Positions 22,501 through 36,035 of a stretch of 64,000 nucleotides of DNA are shown here, in pieces; position 1 is the stretch's first letter, and each line of letters starts with the position of its first letter. The stretch is from Rhizodiscina lignyota (Eukaryota): NCBI GenBank assembly GCA_010015805.1, contig ML978126.1:372001-436000 (forward strand). The letters run 5' to 3'. Under the pieces are notes generated by a model. It worked only from the letters and a program-made list of their open reading frames with translations. It searched no databases and was not told the origin of the DNA. Both the position numbers and the translations under genes were made by a program.

Positions 22501-24119
22501 AGAGACGTCGCGGTGTATATAGTGGAATTTACATTTTCCGCTGGTGCTACCATTGCATGCCATGGTACCTGTGCGAAACGCATTTGCCTCGGGCTAGCAG
22601 CCTCACTGGACTGCGTCAAATGCATCTACCGCAAACCCCAAAACGAGGAAATCCATGCGCCTACTATAGTGCCCGTCTTGTCCGCCCATTCCCGCGTGGG
22701 AACAGCTCCTTGGGTCGGCCTTCCCAGCAATTCCCAGCAGTCAGAGGCGCCGTTGGACGCCGTTGAGCAACGTCAAGCCCACATGCGCCTCGTGCCACCC
22801 ATTTCCATCTCCAGGACGTGCTGACGCACATCGGGGCCATCAGTGCGGCATCGAGCAATCCTCACCACGCTGCCCCAAGGGCTGCATGTTTCCTGGCCCA
22901 ACTCGGAGTGCGGCTTTCGACCGCCCAGTCCAGTGAGCAGGCAGGGACATCGCCCGATCCCCAGCAGCGCGACTACAGCTGTACGGCCTGTACCTATACC
23001 GGCCTGGCTTGGCCTGCCCTGGACAGAGGCTGCGCCAGCTGGAGACCGTCTGAACATACATCTGCACTGCGAAAGACGCCTGTTCCGTTGAGGAAAGCCC
23101 CCCGGAACCCTCCCCACTTTCTCTTCACCCTCCGTCTCGACGCTGCAGCTTGGCCGCCTGGTCGTGGCCGTGCTGGAGATCTTCCAATTCGACAGCTGGC
23201 GCGACGTGCATGCCGCTGGACCCACTGCGCTCCAAACGCTACTAGTATGTTCTAGCTGGGAATCCTGGGATTGCGCTCTCTCCTCGTACAGACAATCGAC
23301 AGGGTTGCTGGCACTGCTGAGCAGCGACGGGCGCGTCCAGCGTCCACCTCATCACCTACAACCTAAAAGGCGGGTCTGATAAGACGAAGGGGACCAGCAT
23401 TGACGTCTCTCTGGCACATCATACTGCTTCTTCCCTTAGGACTTGCGCCAGGGATGTTGCAGGCCTCGTGCGGAAACGCATTCCAAGGAGTCTTCACTCG
23501 ATAATATCCTGGATAGCGTTCCCTTTCAAATCTCCTCCCGTGTGGAAATCATCAAACATCCCCTCGACGTTCGAGCAATCAAATCCCATTGCGCGCATCA
23601 CCTACCGGAAATTTCCTACTGGCGCTCGACTTCCCTCATCCGCAGAACGGTCCGGACATTTAGCACTTTTACGCGCCAACACGAGTGGGAGATCGACCGC
23701 TGCCCCACGGTTCTCATCAACGGCATCCGCCTCAATTGGTATCCGGACCACCATCTTTGTCTTCAGTGTGTCAGAGCACAGGTCGACCGTTGTGCCTGAA
23801 CGCCGCTTCTGCTGGGATTATAATATCCGTCTACCTCTCTGCTGGAGACACAGGGGACGGGGATCCGCGCATGATTCCTGACATCAATGTGTGAACCTAT
23901 TCTTGCACACCTATATTGCCGTATTCATTCGCACGGGCATCTGTTTCTTTGACATTGTTGAACTGTCCATCATCTCCTCTTCTGTCGCTAGAGAGTCCCC
24001 AAGTCGCGTCACCTGCCAACAGCGCTCCTCTCGTACTTTCAATGCCGTAGATGACGACGGTTCAAGTACCGCTACCCTTTCAAAATCTCCACCGCAAGTA
24101 CATCCACCACGCAGCGGTC

Positions 24120-26663
24120 ATGTCGGGTCCTTACGATAACAACAACTACTCTCGTCTCCCACCATTCTATCAACCTCATCATGGACCGCCAGGCCAGCAG
24201 CAACCCGAGGGCTATATTCCGGGGTTTCCCCACTTCCAGGGCCTGTCATCCGAATATTTTCCTCCCGCTTATTCCCAGGTCGAAGATTTCAGCGGATCGT
24301 TGGGGCCACAGCAGGCGACTGCGCGGGTGCGAAGGAGAATTGGAGCAGCCGGAGAGCATGTGAAGCATCGCAGAACACGCAGTGGCTGCTATACGTGTAG
24401 AAACAGGAGGGTGAAGGTGTGTCTCCAGACCCCCCGGTTGAAAGGTTACAAGAGCTGACTTGGACCCAGTGTGATGAGGCGCGCCCAATATGTGAACGTT
24501 AGTGTCTATCTCGTGCGCCATCAGGTGGCGAAACTAACAATATCGCCCAGGGTGTCGCAAAGGCAACAGAGAATGTGTATATCCCGAACCAAATACAAAC
24601 TCCAAGGCCAAGCGGAGAGACTCCAAGTCATCCAAGGCTTCTCATGGCGACAGTGGATCGTCGCCTGGCTCGGGGGATGAGCCGGAGCCAGACAGCGCAG
24701 AAGGCAATGCCGAGGGACTCCCAACGATACTGGACAATGAAGACATGGAGGAACTTGATGAAAGTGCTCGGCCATCGCCAAGTAGAAGGAGTAGCAGACA
24801 AGCATCAACGCCGTCTCTCACACATCAAAGCCCAACTCCATCGACAGAAGACTCCACGTCAGCGCTGAACTCTGCGATAGACCCTCTACCTCCTACACAG
24901 GTCGGATCCAGTCGGCATCCCCCAAGACAACTACCTAAACCGCAAATCAACCAAATTCATAGTAGAAAATGGTCGGAGTTGCCACGGGAGGTAGTATTCT
25001 ATCTCAACTATCACCGAACGCATCTCACAAACTACCACTACGCCTTTAAGTATGAGATTGACGACTTTCTCAAAACAACCTTCTTGGAGATTGCTCTTAG
25101 AAGCGAACCGTTATTGTATGCCGTCGTGAGCTTTTCCGCCTACCACTATACTGTTGCCAAAGGCGAGGGCAAGATCCAAGATTTTCTCAGTTACTACAAC
25201 AAGTCTGTCACTCTGCTCAGGCTATCACTCACGAAGAATCCAAAGCCTAACGTTGCGACGCTAATGACAATCCTCCAGCTCGCGACTATCGAGGTACGAA
25301 GGTCAGATTCATAGAGTAGGAATCTAAACTAAATGCAAATAGGAATATCTTGGAGACTGGGTGAGCCTTTTAAGCCACCAAAGAGCAGCGTATCAGCTGT
25401 TCACGAATCTATACACACATCAAACGGTGATGCAAAATGAAATGAGTCGGAAAATCTTTGGATGGTACACTCGCTATGACCTGATGGCAGGTATGATGTC
25501 TGGCAATGGCACTTTCCTCCAACGTGAATGGTTCGAGGTGCGGCATGATTATTATGAGCAGGAGATGAAATCACATCCGGGAGACATTGCGCTATTGTAC
25601 ATGGAGCGGTTCGCCGCAAATGGCGTAATATGCGCTGATGCCGCCACGCTCTGGGCGCGAAAGAGTAAGGGCTTGGTGACAGAAGAGGAGTTCAATATCA
25701 AGGCTTCGGAACTGGAAGCACAACTCACTGGATGGGAGAGCACGATCCATCCGACCTTGACAGATCCATCCAAGTTGATTACGGACTTTTCTGGCGCGCC
25801 TCCTCGAGACGAGAACGACATCGTTAACCCGTACGAGCCGGACTTCATGTATGGCGATCCAATATGGTCAACAAACCTAATGTTGCTAGACTGGTGGGCG
25901 TTCGAACTCATGTACAAGCACCAGCTCTCCATCGTCCGTAGACAACAGCCGTCGGAGCACACTAAGGAGCTGGCTCTCAAGATGCTACATATGTTTGAGG
26001 CGATCCAGCTGTACCCTGACAAACCTGCTGGTATGATAATTGCGGCACAAGCAACCATCGGTGTTGCGGGACTGTTCATGCCAAAGGACGAGAAGCACTC
26101 GATGTGGATTCGCAGGAAACTTGCATATGTTGAGGGACTTGGGTACGTCGCTCTTGGCTTGACAGGGCCCGACTTGCTAACGTCGCCATCGCAGGTATTG
26201 CTACCCCAAAAGCTTCCGCGAAAAGATGACTAGCCACTGGGGCGTTGACCTCACGCATTGGTGGCTTCCGAATGACGAAGGACTTCCGCCTATCTTGCGC
26301 ACAGTACGCAACCTCATCCACGATCGTAGCGAAGGGCCTCAGCGCGACCAGATAAGTGAAGACATCCGTGATATGCGCGGCATCTTCACTAGTCTGTCAC
26401 TCGATAATGAGGCTGCCGGCGTCAGCCAGAGTCCGATCAGCCTCATCGTTAGTGACGACGGAAAAGGCAAAGAGATGGCGACGCCGACTATGCGCAATGC
26501 GATGATCGAAGAGGGCGGGATCGCATCTCCCGGCAGCATGGGTTGGCAGCCCGCAGGCGGCTTCATGGAGGTCGACGACGAGGTGTTAGGGTATGATGAC
26601 GCCGCCGAGTTCAGCTGGGCCTATGGCCCGCCTAACGATGAGAGGCGCGGCTCTAGGACGTGA
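24120..26663 (+). CDS. Zn(II)2Cys6 transcription factor, 5 exons
   Basis: RRTRSGCYTCRNRRVK|CDEARPICE|RCRKGNRECVYP after introns 24417-24469 and 24498-24550; further introns 25294-25342 and 26143-26194; an in-frame upstream ATG at 24051 is an alternative start. Confidence 0.9.
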
Positions 26664-27802
26664 ACGAGTTCATGAAGAAATGCTGGAATGTCAACGAAGA
26701 GAGACTTCTGTCGTATCTGCCGAAACGGGCAGAGACGATCTAGTGCGTGGAGCCAGAAAGGCTCTGCAAGTTTCAGAACGCGCGAGACCTGGTGGAAGCT
26801 CCACTCCGATCGTGACGCAAAACAGGTCCCTACGATGGATAACCCTCTCCCACCTGACCCGAGAACGTTGGGAATGACAACGCCATGACTTTCGCTCCGA
26901 CATAAGATACCTCAATACATCTTCACGACGAACAACGACTCCACCTCCCTGTACATACCTCTCTCTAACCCCGTTCCCCACGTCACGAATGGAACTCTAC
27001 TGGAGGGCTCTAGAATTGCACGAGCAAGCGGATGACGATATCTGAAGCGACTTTTGGTTTTTCTGCTTATGATTTGGTTTTGGCTCGCTATATATCACGA
27101 CATCTGACACTGCTGGTCTGAAGCGTTCAAAAGTACACCACCCCCGACTCACCTGTTTCAAGCCTTCCTCATTTTGTTCATATCCAAAATTTCCATGTCG
27201 CTTTCGCGTTCGCTTTAGCGTACGCTTTAGCGTGCCCAATGCAGGCACTTTTAAGTTCTAGCCTAAGACAAGCACAGTCCGAACCCACGTTCAAATCTGT
27301 GCACGCGCGGTCTCAAATTTGCAGTGCGCCAGCGCAATTTACTTTAAGACGGCTCAGAGGTACCACGCGTTCACGATGCACAACTTGAGTCAGAGCAAGG
27401 CGCCAAAAGCCCTAGTTGCGCTTTCGGCAGCGCACTCTAATAACATGTGCAAGTGGTATTGGTAGAAGTACTGCGTCTGTAGTGAGAAGGCCGGAAAACC
27501 CGTGCCGAGAGCTCCTCACCAAAAAAGGAAATGACCATGACGAAAAACTGGGGCATCGGTTTGGTGGATCATTCAGTGGTTTGGTAAAAAGTAAAACAGA
27601 AAAACAAGAGCGGCGCCGTGCGCAAGAGGCCGCCCAAAAAGCAACAAGCGCTCTCGTCAGCCCAATCATGCCGGAGAGAAATCGAGACGGTCTGTGTAGC
27701 CCTTCGACATGATAGTCGCCATCCAAAGCCGGCTCCCCGTCTGTATGTTTGCAGATCATCCGTCTCTGCAATTACATAGTAGAACCGTCAAATGCGGGCT
27801 GC

Positions 27803-29676
27803 TTAAGCGCCTTCACGGCTCTTGCGGTAAGAGGCCTGATGAGAGAACGTCAGCATGCATGTTCAAGATGAAAAGACATGTTCTGTCTGGCACGAAGTGC
27901 GAATGCAGAAGGTGCGTCGGGCTGGTGTGCTCCCGGCTGCATGAAAGGGAGTTGAAAGCATTTTGAAAGCATTAGGCATGGTTTAAAAAGAGCCTAATAT
28001 TGACAGCAAGGACAATTCCAAACCACGTCTTGCTGCAACGCAACAGAAGAGTCTAGATTCCAAAACTGATACGATTTGGCAGCGCATTTGGAATGTGCGG
28101 AGAAATATGAACAAGTGCGACCACCTCGTCGTGATGAATTTCATTTTCGACAGATAGTCCAGGGAGGACAGAGCGAAAAATGCAGAAAGGCAGGGAGCGC
28201 GTATCAAGAACGCTTATCATACCTCTTGTTCGACTTGGAGTCTAGGAAGGGTCAGTCCAGCTCCCCGATTTGGAAGAGACTTGGTATCTTACTGGTCGAC
28301 TGCGGGAGCAAGCTCGCTCAGGATCTCATATGCGCGCTTGTGGTATTCGAGCTGAGCCGCAATCAGCTCAGCGAGGTTCCGAAGTGGCTCGGGCGTGTCG
28401 AGAACCTGAGATAGATCACACAAGGTCAGCCTAAATGCTTCTTGAAAAAGAGCGGTGTCCTCCGCTGGACAAAGCAAAAGTGGCGACTCTCCGGAAGCCT
28501 TGCAGATCCACTTTTCTATGCTCCAGGGGACATCGACATGGCTTTGCAAGCACTCACATTCTTCATAACTCCCACAGCCTCTTCCGTCTGTCCCACAAAC
28601 TCATCTTCCGCAGCCTCAATCTCGGCCCTGGCCTCCTCGCTCAGATGTTCCTCCGCGTCGCCGAACTGCTCCCTTTTCTGACCAGGGATGCTGAACGCAC
28701 CATGGGTCTTAGCTTTGGCCTTAACAGCGTCGAGATTGAGACGAGCATTCTCCACATTCTTGCGCGCTCGCGCGGCAAACTGCAGATTCGTGTTGAGCGT
28801 CGTGCTCCAGCCAGCTAAAAAGCGAGCCTGGATGGCGGCGTCTTGAGCCAGGCGCGCCTCGCCAACCTTCTCGCTCGCGATTGCGTACTTCTCGAGAGCC
28901 TGAGCAAGGGGATCTTCAACGCTGCCGGCGGCAGACCCACCGGCTGCCTGCTGCTGCTGGGCGAGAGTCTGTGAGCTGTTCAACGCAGCGCGCGCGATGG
29001 CGTGGCTGAAGGTCTTGGGCTGAGGACGAGCGGACGGGGGAGCGGTCATCGCTGCCGCAGCTTCGGAGGGGGAATGAGAATTCGAGAGGAGGGAGACTTT
29101 CTCGGAGACGGTGCGGCCGAGGTCATTGAAGGATTCGCGGATGTTGGACGGGTAGTCGTATGCTTCATGGGTATATTGGGACCTGAAGATTGATAAGTAG
29201 GTAGTTGAAGTGGAATGCGAAAGATGTGTCCGTGATTCAAGTTTGAGTTCACTCGCCGCCTTGTCAACAGCCAGCTGGTAAGATGAGGGAGACGTACGTG
29301 ACCTGCAGCATCTTCTGATGTACCTGCTTCAGCGCATCGACGCGCTTCTCCAGCTCCAGGTAGTCTGGAGGGAGCTCCGTCTACGTTATTCTACATCAGC
29401 CATGTATCCATCGTCATGCCTTTGAGCTGAGCGCAGCAGTCTCGAATCTGCCGCGCAGATGAGATTGCATACCTTGTCCTCTGCCTGACCAAGCTGCTCG
29501 CGAACATATTGCTGGGTGCGTGTCGACCATGGCTTGAACGAGTCTCTGTCGATGGATACCTCCGTCAGTGTTATGTATGCTCAGGCAGAAAAGTTGTATA
29601 GGGGATGATGAGAAGGTTGAGCAACTTACTGTACGTTCTTGCCAAAGGCCGAAAATGTCTTGCCAATATTGTCCAT
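27803..29676 (-). CDS. GVP36: BAR-domain protein Gvp36, multi-exon
   Basis: Spliced model MDNIGKTFSAFGKNVQDSFKPWSTRTQQYVREQLGQAEDK|TELPPDYLELEKRVDALKQVHQKML..YDYPSNIRESF..PKTFSHAIARAA..VLDTPEPLRNL..LQVEQE|ASYRKSREGA*; last exon 27803-27835. Confidence 0.85.
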
Positions 29677-30321
29677 GGTGGGCGACTAAATGAAATGGAA
29701 CGTCGACGTTGCGAGGGGTTAGAAGTTGCTTGGGGAGTTCTTGTTGTTGTTATGCTTAACGTTTGGCTTCGCTTGCGTTGACAGCTGCTGGTGGACGTTG
29801 CATGTGCTGAGACCCGCCGAACAAATCCGGCCTAGCACCGACTCAGCTGCTCCCTTCCGCGCAAAGATAGCAGTCGCGTAAAGCTGGAGCCATTTCTCGC
29901 TTCACTCTCACAGATAACACTTTCAGTCGTCACTCAAGCAATGGACTTCGCAGGCAGTGCTTCCACATATGTTCATTTCATTCTATGTCAACAAGCCGGC
30001 ATACAAAGCGTCCCCGAGTATGCTAAAGTCAAAGCTATCTATAAGAAGAGAAAACTGGGGAGACCACTGTGTTGGTCTCACATATGTGCCTGAGAATGAG
30101 ATTCCGGTATCTCATGTTGTCATCAAAGTCGTTAACCAAGGCCATGCGAGAGCATCCACCCTAAAATCTACCGTTTGAGCCCTACGAGGACTGGAAGCGA
30201 GATTGTCGTTTCGTCTCAAAGCCAAGCACAGCGGCGAGAACCCACGACTAACCGACCCAGGAAGAAAAGAAAGACCAAACGCCACAGACGCTCAAGAGAA
30301 ACGCAGCGTGAAGCTGACGTG

Positions 30322-31275
30322 TTACTCTTGGTGAAGCTTGTGCCTGCGGGCGTGTGGGTGCAGAGCAGCCTCCGGTTGACGCTTGTGGTGGAAGACGCCA
30401 CGCTCATCAACGAATTTCGTCGCCCAGTGGGTCGTGTAGGTAATCAGGGTCGTGTAGACGAAGTGGGGATCCTGCACCGCGGGTGGAGAAGTCGTTGCTG
30501 GTGCAGCTTCCGCTTCCACGGACTTTGAGTGATGATGAGATTTCGATGACGGTGTGCTTGAAGAGCTGGTCGATGACGGCGATGGTGTTGACGAAGGCGT
30601 TGAAGATGGCGGGGTGGATACAGCCGCGGCATTGACTTCATCGTCACTGCTAGTGGACGATGAAGTGGCCTTTGCGGAAGACGATGGCGTAGATGAAGAG
30701 CTGGAAGGAGCTGGAGTTGACGAGCCAATATAACCAGCAGCGTCGACAGAAGTGGATCCGCTATCAGAGGAGCCACCTGCGCTCGTTGAGCACAAGTAGA
30801 GCGTAGTATCTGCATCCGGCGTGCACGCTTTCGAGGCCCAGTCATCGTTGAAATTCGTGTACGCGCCTCCGCATGTTGCGTTGCCAGCAGGACAGGTGAC
30901 GGTCGGGCAGCCAGAACCGCTCTCCATGTACATGCCTTTGCTGTGGAAGGGGCACTTGGTGCCGTCGCAATTCACGTTCGAAATATCGTACCAGACCGTG
31001 GTCGAGCCGAGAGTGTACTCCATCTGCGTGATATTGGTGCACTGGTCCGTCTTGGAGAGTTTCAACGACATGCCACCCTTGGAAAGCATTTTGTATTGCT
31101 GGCTGAACTTCCCACCGTTGGACGAGATCTTCGTTGGACCATCGTCCTCGCCAACACTGACGGCCCACATGAAGACGTCGAAGTCGCATTCGTTGTAAAT
31201 GATTGCATTGCCGACAGCCTGGACGGCAGGAGCGAGCGCGAGGAGCGCCGACGCGATGAGTGATGGTGTATGCAT
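30322..31275 (-). CDS. Secreted Bys1/thaumatin-like protein with Ser/Thr-rich tail
   Basis: Signal peptide, GNAIIYNECDFDVFMWAV, GGMSLKLSK, ITQMEYTL and VWYDISNVNC; Cys-rich domain followed by an S/T linker. Confidence 0.82.
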   Translation of the reverse strand: MHTPSLIASALLALAPAVQAVGNAIIYNECDFDVFMWAVSVGEDDGPTKISSNGGKFSQQYKMLSKGGMSLKLSKTDQCTNITQMEYTLGSTTVWYDISNVNCDGTKCPFHSKGMYMESGSGCPTVTCPAGNATCGGAYTNFNDDWASKACTPDADTTLYLCSTSAGGSSDSGSTSVDAAGYIGSSTPAPSSSSSTPSSSAKATSSSTSSDDEVNAAAVSTPPSSTPSSTPSPSSTSSSSTPSSKSHHHSKSVEAEAAPATTSPPAVQDPHFVYTTLITYTTHWATKFVDERGVFHHKRQPEAALHPHARRHKLHQE

Positions 31276-33124
31276 CTTTGGTGAAGAGTACGGCGCGTCG
31301 TAAAGTAAGTTGATGTTGAGGTGGTGAGCCGGCTCGAAAAGGAGTGCGAGGCCGGAGTACGGAGTATTCAGTCTTATGCAAAGGAGTGCGTGCCGCGGAG
31401 CTCAATGAGTGAAGGGCGTCACAGCGGCAGAATAGGTCTTCGAATGTACTTTGATGCACGCAAGACCCGGCTTGCAGTAGACGGACAAAAGAACGAGGTT
31501 GCAGGAAGAAGGAAGGCTTACAGGCGCGTCCGTGGATATATACGAACGGCAGGGGGGGGAAGAGCCTGAGTGAAGCGTGGTCTGTGTTGATTGCTTAAGT
31601 CTCGCCGGCCTAACGCCAGTAAGAGGTACTAAGAACACTCGCATGAATAGGACTGCCAATAGCACGCACCGCCCACTCTTGCGCAGGCTGGGATGCCATG
31701 TGGCCTAGAGCTCTTTGACCATTATTTCCGCGTGCAATTTTGCCAACCGCACGAATCTACTGCAGGCCGAAAACAAGTCAGGGGCCACAGATTAACTGCA
31801 TTCGAGATAGGCTCATCACTCCAAGATGCCGGATCCCCAACCGACCCAGGCCTTCTGCAAGCAAAAGGTCAGGAACACCCGCAGAATGGACAGCGGTCCC
31901 CGGTCCGTAATTACGTTTCCACCCAAGCAGAACACCCGGAGTGAATGACAATTGGTGGGCGCGCGGCTTGTCTTACATTTGCTTCAAAACGAGTGAAAAG
32001 TCAGCGATGAAGACAACCGGGCTTGAGCACAAACTGCTCAACAATTTCAACCTGGATCTCGGCGCATATTCGGGGCGACAGCTGGACAGCGGCTGCAGTT
32101 TCGGCGCATGTGCAGTCTGGAAGGTGTCAATCGCTGGCAGAACGATAGGCTGCGGGATAGCGTGGGTGGTATCGATAAAGCAGCGCAGATCAGGTACGCC
32201 AGGAACGAGGTGCAGCTGCCGGCGCACGGCGCCCGCTGTTGCACCAATCAGCCCCGGCGGATCGCAACGCTGGCTCACAACCCCTGGCGGCGCAATTCGT
32301 CGTCTCGTCCACTTGGAAAAGTTCGCGCTTGCGCGAGCTCCACAAGTAATTTCCCATTTTTCTTGCTTTGCCCCGGCCCCAACGCCTTATGAATGCGACG
32401 ATGCCGCTGCTACTGCAGGTCAGCAAAAAATCTGACTTCTAGAAGCCTGAGAATATTCAAATCTTCGATTGCCGAGACGACCGTGGCGACATCGGAACCA
32501 TCATTGGCTTGATGGGGAAGGGATTGACACGTGCTGAATGAATGGCAATTGGAGAGCAGAAGGACGGAACGAAAAAGAAAGCACCGAGAGAGAACCTGCG
32601 ACGACGGATCTGTGTCACATCTGCGCTGGGTCCTGTGTTTCTTCGAGGAGGCTTAACGAGAGTTCAGCTCGTTGTACAGAGTAGATGGAAATAGTCTTCA
32701 CAGCTAATAGAGTAGTGAAACATGCGTGTGAACAAGCCCAATGCCGCGAGACATGCTGTGTGAAGAAGGGCGACGAAAGCCGGAGGACGCGGAGCTCCGC
32801 GAGAGCCAACCGCGATCAGAGATGCAAGTGAAGCCACTGCCACTGCCACGGGAAACCGAGCCGACGAGAAAAAGAAACTGCCTGAGGTGTTCCGAGAGGG
32901 CAGAGTCGAGATATCAATTGGGTAGGAAAGCCGGTGTGAACTGTTCAGCCTGCAATGTCGTGCTGCGTGCATCGGAGCGAGCGGCGTCTTGGCCGCCGAA
33001 CTGTGTGCTTGCCTGATTGGGCTGTTTGCGACGCCCTCGCCCTCCAACAAGTTGGACATCAACGCATGCGTTGTCAATCCCATGTGTCACTTCCAGGCAT
33101 GATGATTACACGTATTCTCACAAC

Positions 33125-34246
33125 ATGAATCCAATCACCTTGGCCAAAGGTTCTGGCCTTTTCCCGTCGCGCAAGTTCTCCCTCTCAGAGACGCCGCAGC
33201 TGACTGATCAAGTCGCCGTCATTACCGGAGGCCAGGCAGGAATTGGCGAAGAAATCGTTGCTCAGCTATTGATCCACGGGATAGCTAAGGTCTACGTGCT
33301 TGCAAGAACCCAGCAGAAGTTTGTCGACGCAAAGAAGGCTTGGGCGCAGCGACAGAGCCTGGATGTTCAAGATGTGGACAACCGGACGGAATTCGTCCAA
33401 TGCGACTTGAGCGACCTCAAGGTGACTGCTGAGGCGGCAAAGAAGTTGATACAGAAACTGGATAGGCTAGATATACTATTCTGCAATGCTGGTTAGTGGA
33501 CTATCCATCCTGATATCTTCAGATGGTTGTCTTACAAGGCTCTAGCCAATCCACCACAGAGCACGTATACTCTCTCAGTCGACGGCGTTGATAACATCTT
33601 TGCGACGAACCACCTCAGCCACTATGCCCTCACGAATATGCTCCTGCCCGTTATCGAGCGGACATGGTACACCTTCGAGACCGCCTGCCATATTGTCGTG
33701 TCGTCATCATCCTTGCATATGCTTTGCAATGAGCTCTCGCTTGACTCGTTAACGTCGACAACTCCTCCCAAGAAACCTGCAGTCTATGATGGATGGTGGC
33801 GATACGGACGAAGCAAACTGGCGAACATACTCTTCACGAAGTACCTCGCGAAGTTGGAGTCGGACAAAGGCTACAAAGTCTATCCAAACTGTTTCTTTCC
33901 CGGGAACATACCAACCGACGCAATGGATACATGGAAGGACATGGTCGGAAACTTTGCTGGCTCCATCCCGAAAAAAATCTTCAGTGTGATCGGTCAATCC
34001 CTTGAGGAAGGAGCGACGACCGCTATGTATCTTGCAGCTAGCAAGGAACTGGAAGAACGGGATATCATGGGCGACTATTTCGTTCCAATTGCGATGGAAG
34101 GAGAACCGAGCAAGTTAGCCCAGGACAAAGACTTGATGAATAATCTCTGGTATTGGAGTGATCACAAAGTTACTGAAGTGCTCGGGAAGGACTGGCAGGA
34201 TTTTGCTAAGCAGACTGCTGGGATTGCTGCATCTGGACAAACATGA
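33125..34246 (+). CDS. Short-chain dehydrogenase/reductase (retinol dehydrogenase/WWOX-like), 2 exons
   Basis: VITGGQAGIG, LDILFCNA, FATNHLSHY and YGRSKLANILF; intron about 33492-33545. Confidence 0.9.
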
Positions 34247-36035
34247 GTCTACGAAATCATATGGAACAGCACAGCGAGAAGAAGAAGCAGAGAATCAAGT
34301 AAGAGCTTGGGCAACATTATGATGACAATCGGAAAACGTTTGAACATCCATGCGTGCGAAAGTCACATACCCCGCAACATCAAAATTGAGACCTCCTCTT
34401 TTATGGCCGTTGCAGTCTGGTGTTCAATAGTATGAGATTGCGCATGATGGCGGTGGAGAAGAAGAGCTTGAGGGCGACGCAAGTTCCCTTCGCTGACGAC
34501 TTAATTCGCCATGTTCCATTACTGCTCATGGTACAGTACGCTGGCGATCGAGAGTGAAAGCAACTGTGAACGGAAACACTTCCGTTCTAAATGGTCTCTT
34601 TGTTGGAGATCATGGTCATGCCTGGCAAGCTCGCGGTTTAGGGCTTTTGAGTCTGCGCCCACTCTCAGGCTAGTTGACCAACACTTCTGCTCCCCTGCTT
34701 GCAGAGATAAAGGCCAGTCGTCCAGTGTTAGACACCGCAATACAACCACAGAGTACAACGGGCGGCATGTACCCTCGCATATGCATATGGATCTCGACCT
34801 ATGGACGCACAAGAATAGCGCCTCAAACCCGCAAAGCTGGATGAGCCGGACCTCGCACGGCGAGCAGCAAACCTGGAACCTGGCCCTTGGGCCATTCAAA
34901 GCAAACATCGATACCCCGGTGTCGAGTTTCATGGCGTTTATCTTCTGCGGTTGTCTTCAAGCGGGTGTGGCCGAATCGAGCGAGTTGCATGTCATGCGCC
35001 AGTCTACCCGCGGCTCCGCGCGCCAATCGAGTGTGCGTTTAGAGGAACGCGCTCGTATCGGCAGTGGTTAGGGTCATTTGCGTTTCGGGAATTGGCCAGT
35101 CAGAAGGTTGAGATGCGAATGAGATCGCCTTTGCAGAACATTGCAGAATATGTGGACCACGGCATCAGTGTGCTGTCGGGCGCTTCACCGACCACCATAC
35201 CCCACACAACGTCACAGTCGGACTCTCCTACGCATGAAAATGGCTCAGACTTTGGATATCCTCGAAAATATCTCATTGCAGGGACATATCCAAGGACCGG
35301 GGTCCCGATGCCGGTCAGATAAAGAAGCCAGTCGCTGGTTTTCTTGTTACATCCGCACCGATGACGAACATTAGCCGCACCCTATTACACATGTGAAGCT
35401 GAAACAACCACATGATGTACTGTGCTAGTGCGCGGGGAGGATAGATGCTTGACCAGCGTGCAGATTGGGGTCCTTACATACCGTTCGTGGACTGGGCTCG
35501 CGTAGCTGCAGATGTCAAAGCTTCGCCAATATTGCACATCGAAAGCACTGCAGCTCCGAAATCCAGAACGTCGGCGCTTCTTCCGCCAGTGGGATAAGAG
35601 CCGGCGCGTTGATCGTCGAGCTGCAGGATTGTGGTTGTTGCGTGGGGTGCGTCATGCAACGGCATAATTGAACGACACTCGTATTGCGATGCTGTCGACA
35701 AGCATGTATTTTTCTTTCGAAGCGGCTAACTGAGGGTATTCGAGCAACAGCACAGATAGGTTGAGATTCAGGTCACTCTGAATCACTTCTGATCATCATA
35801 GCATGGGTGGCTGTTTGAGAATTGGCACATCACTCTGTAGAGAAGGGAGCAGAGCAGATGGTTTTAGAAAGATAGACTGTCGAGACTATCCAGAAGTTGA
35901 TGTGTTAAACATCCGCAACCGAACCAGAACTTCATCCATTCGCCCATACCCTTCCCAATAGTGTATACTCCCTACCGCTGCCTATCTTGCAAGGTCATGC
36001 TTCGTAATCTTCGTTCATAAGAGCCCCCGTGCAGA

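Noticed and set aside
35066..35074. GGTTAGGGT (ACCCUAACC on minus) as an alternative telomerase template in the SDR-FKBP gap
   Set aside because: Only about 800 nt lie downstream before the SDR gene, and I found isolated hairpins rather than a nested long-range fold; a weaker candidate than 10.9-12.2 kb.
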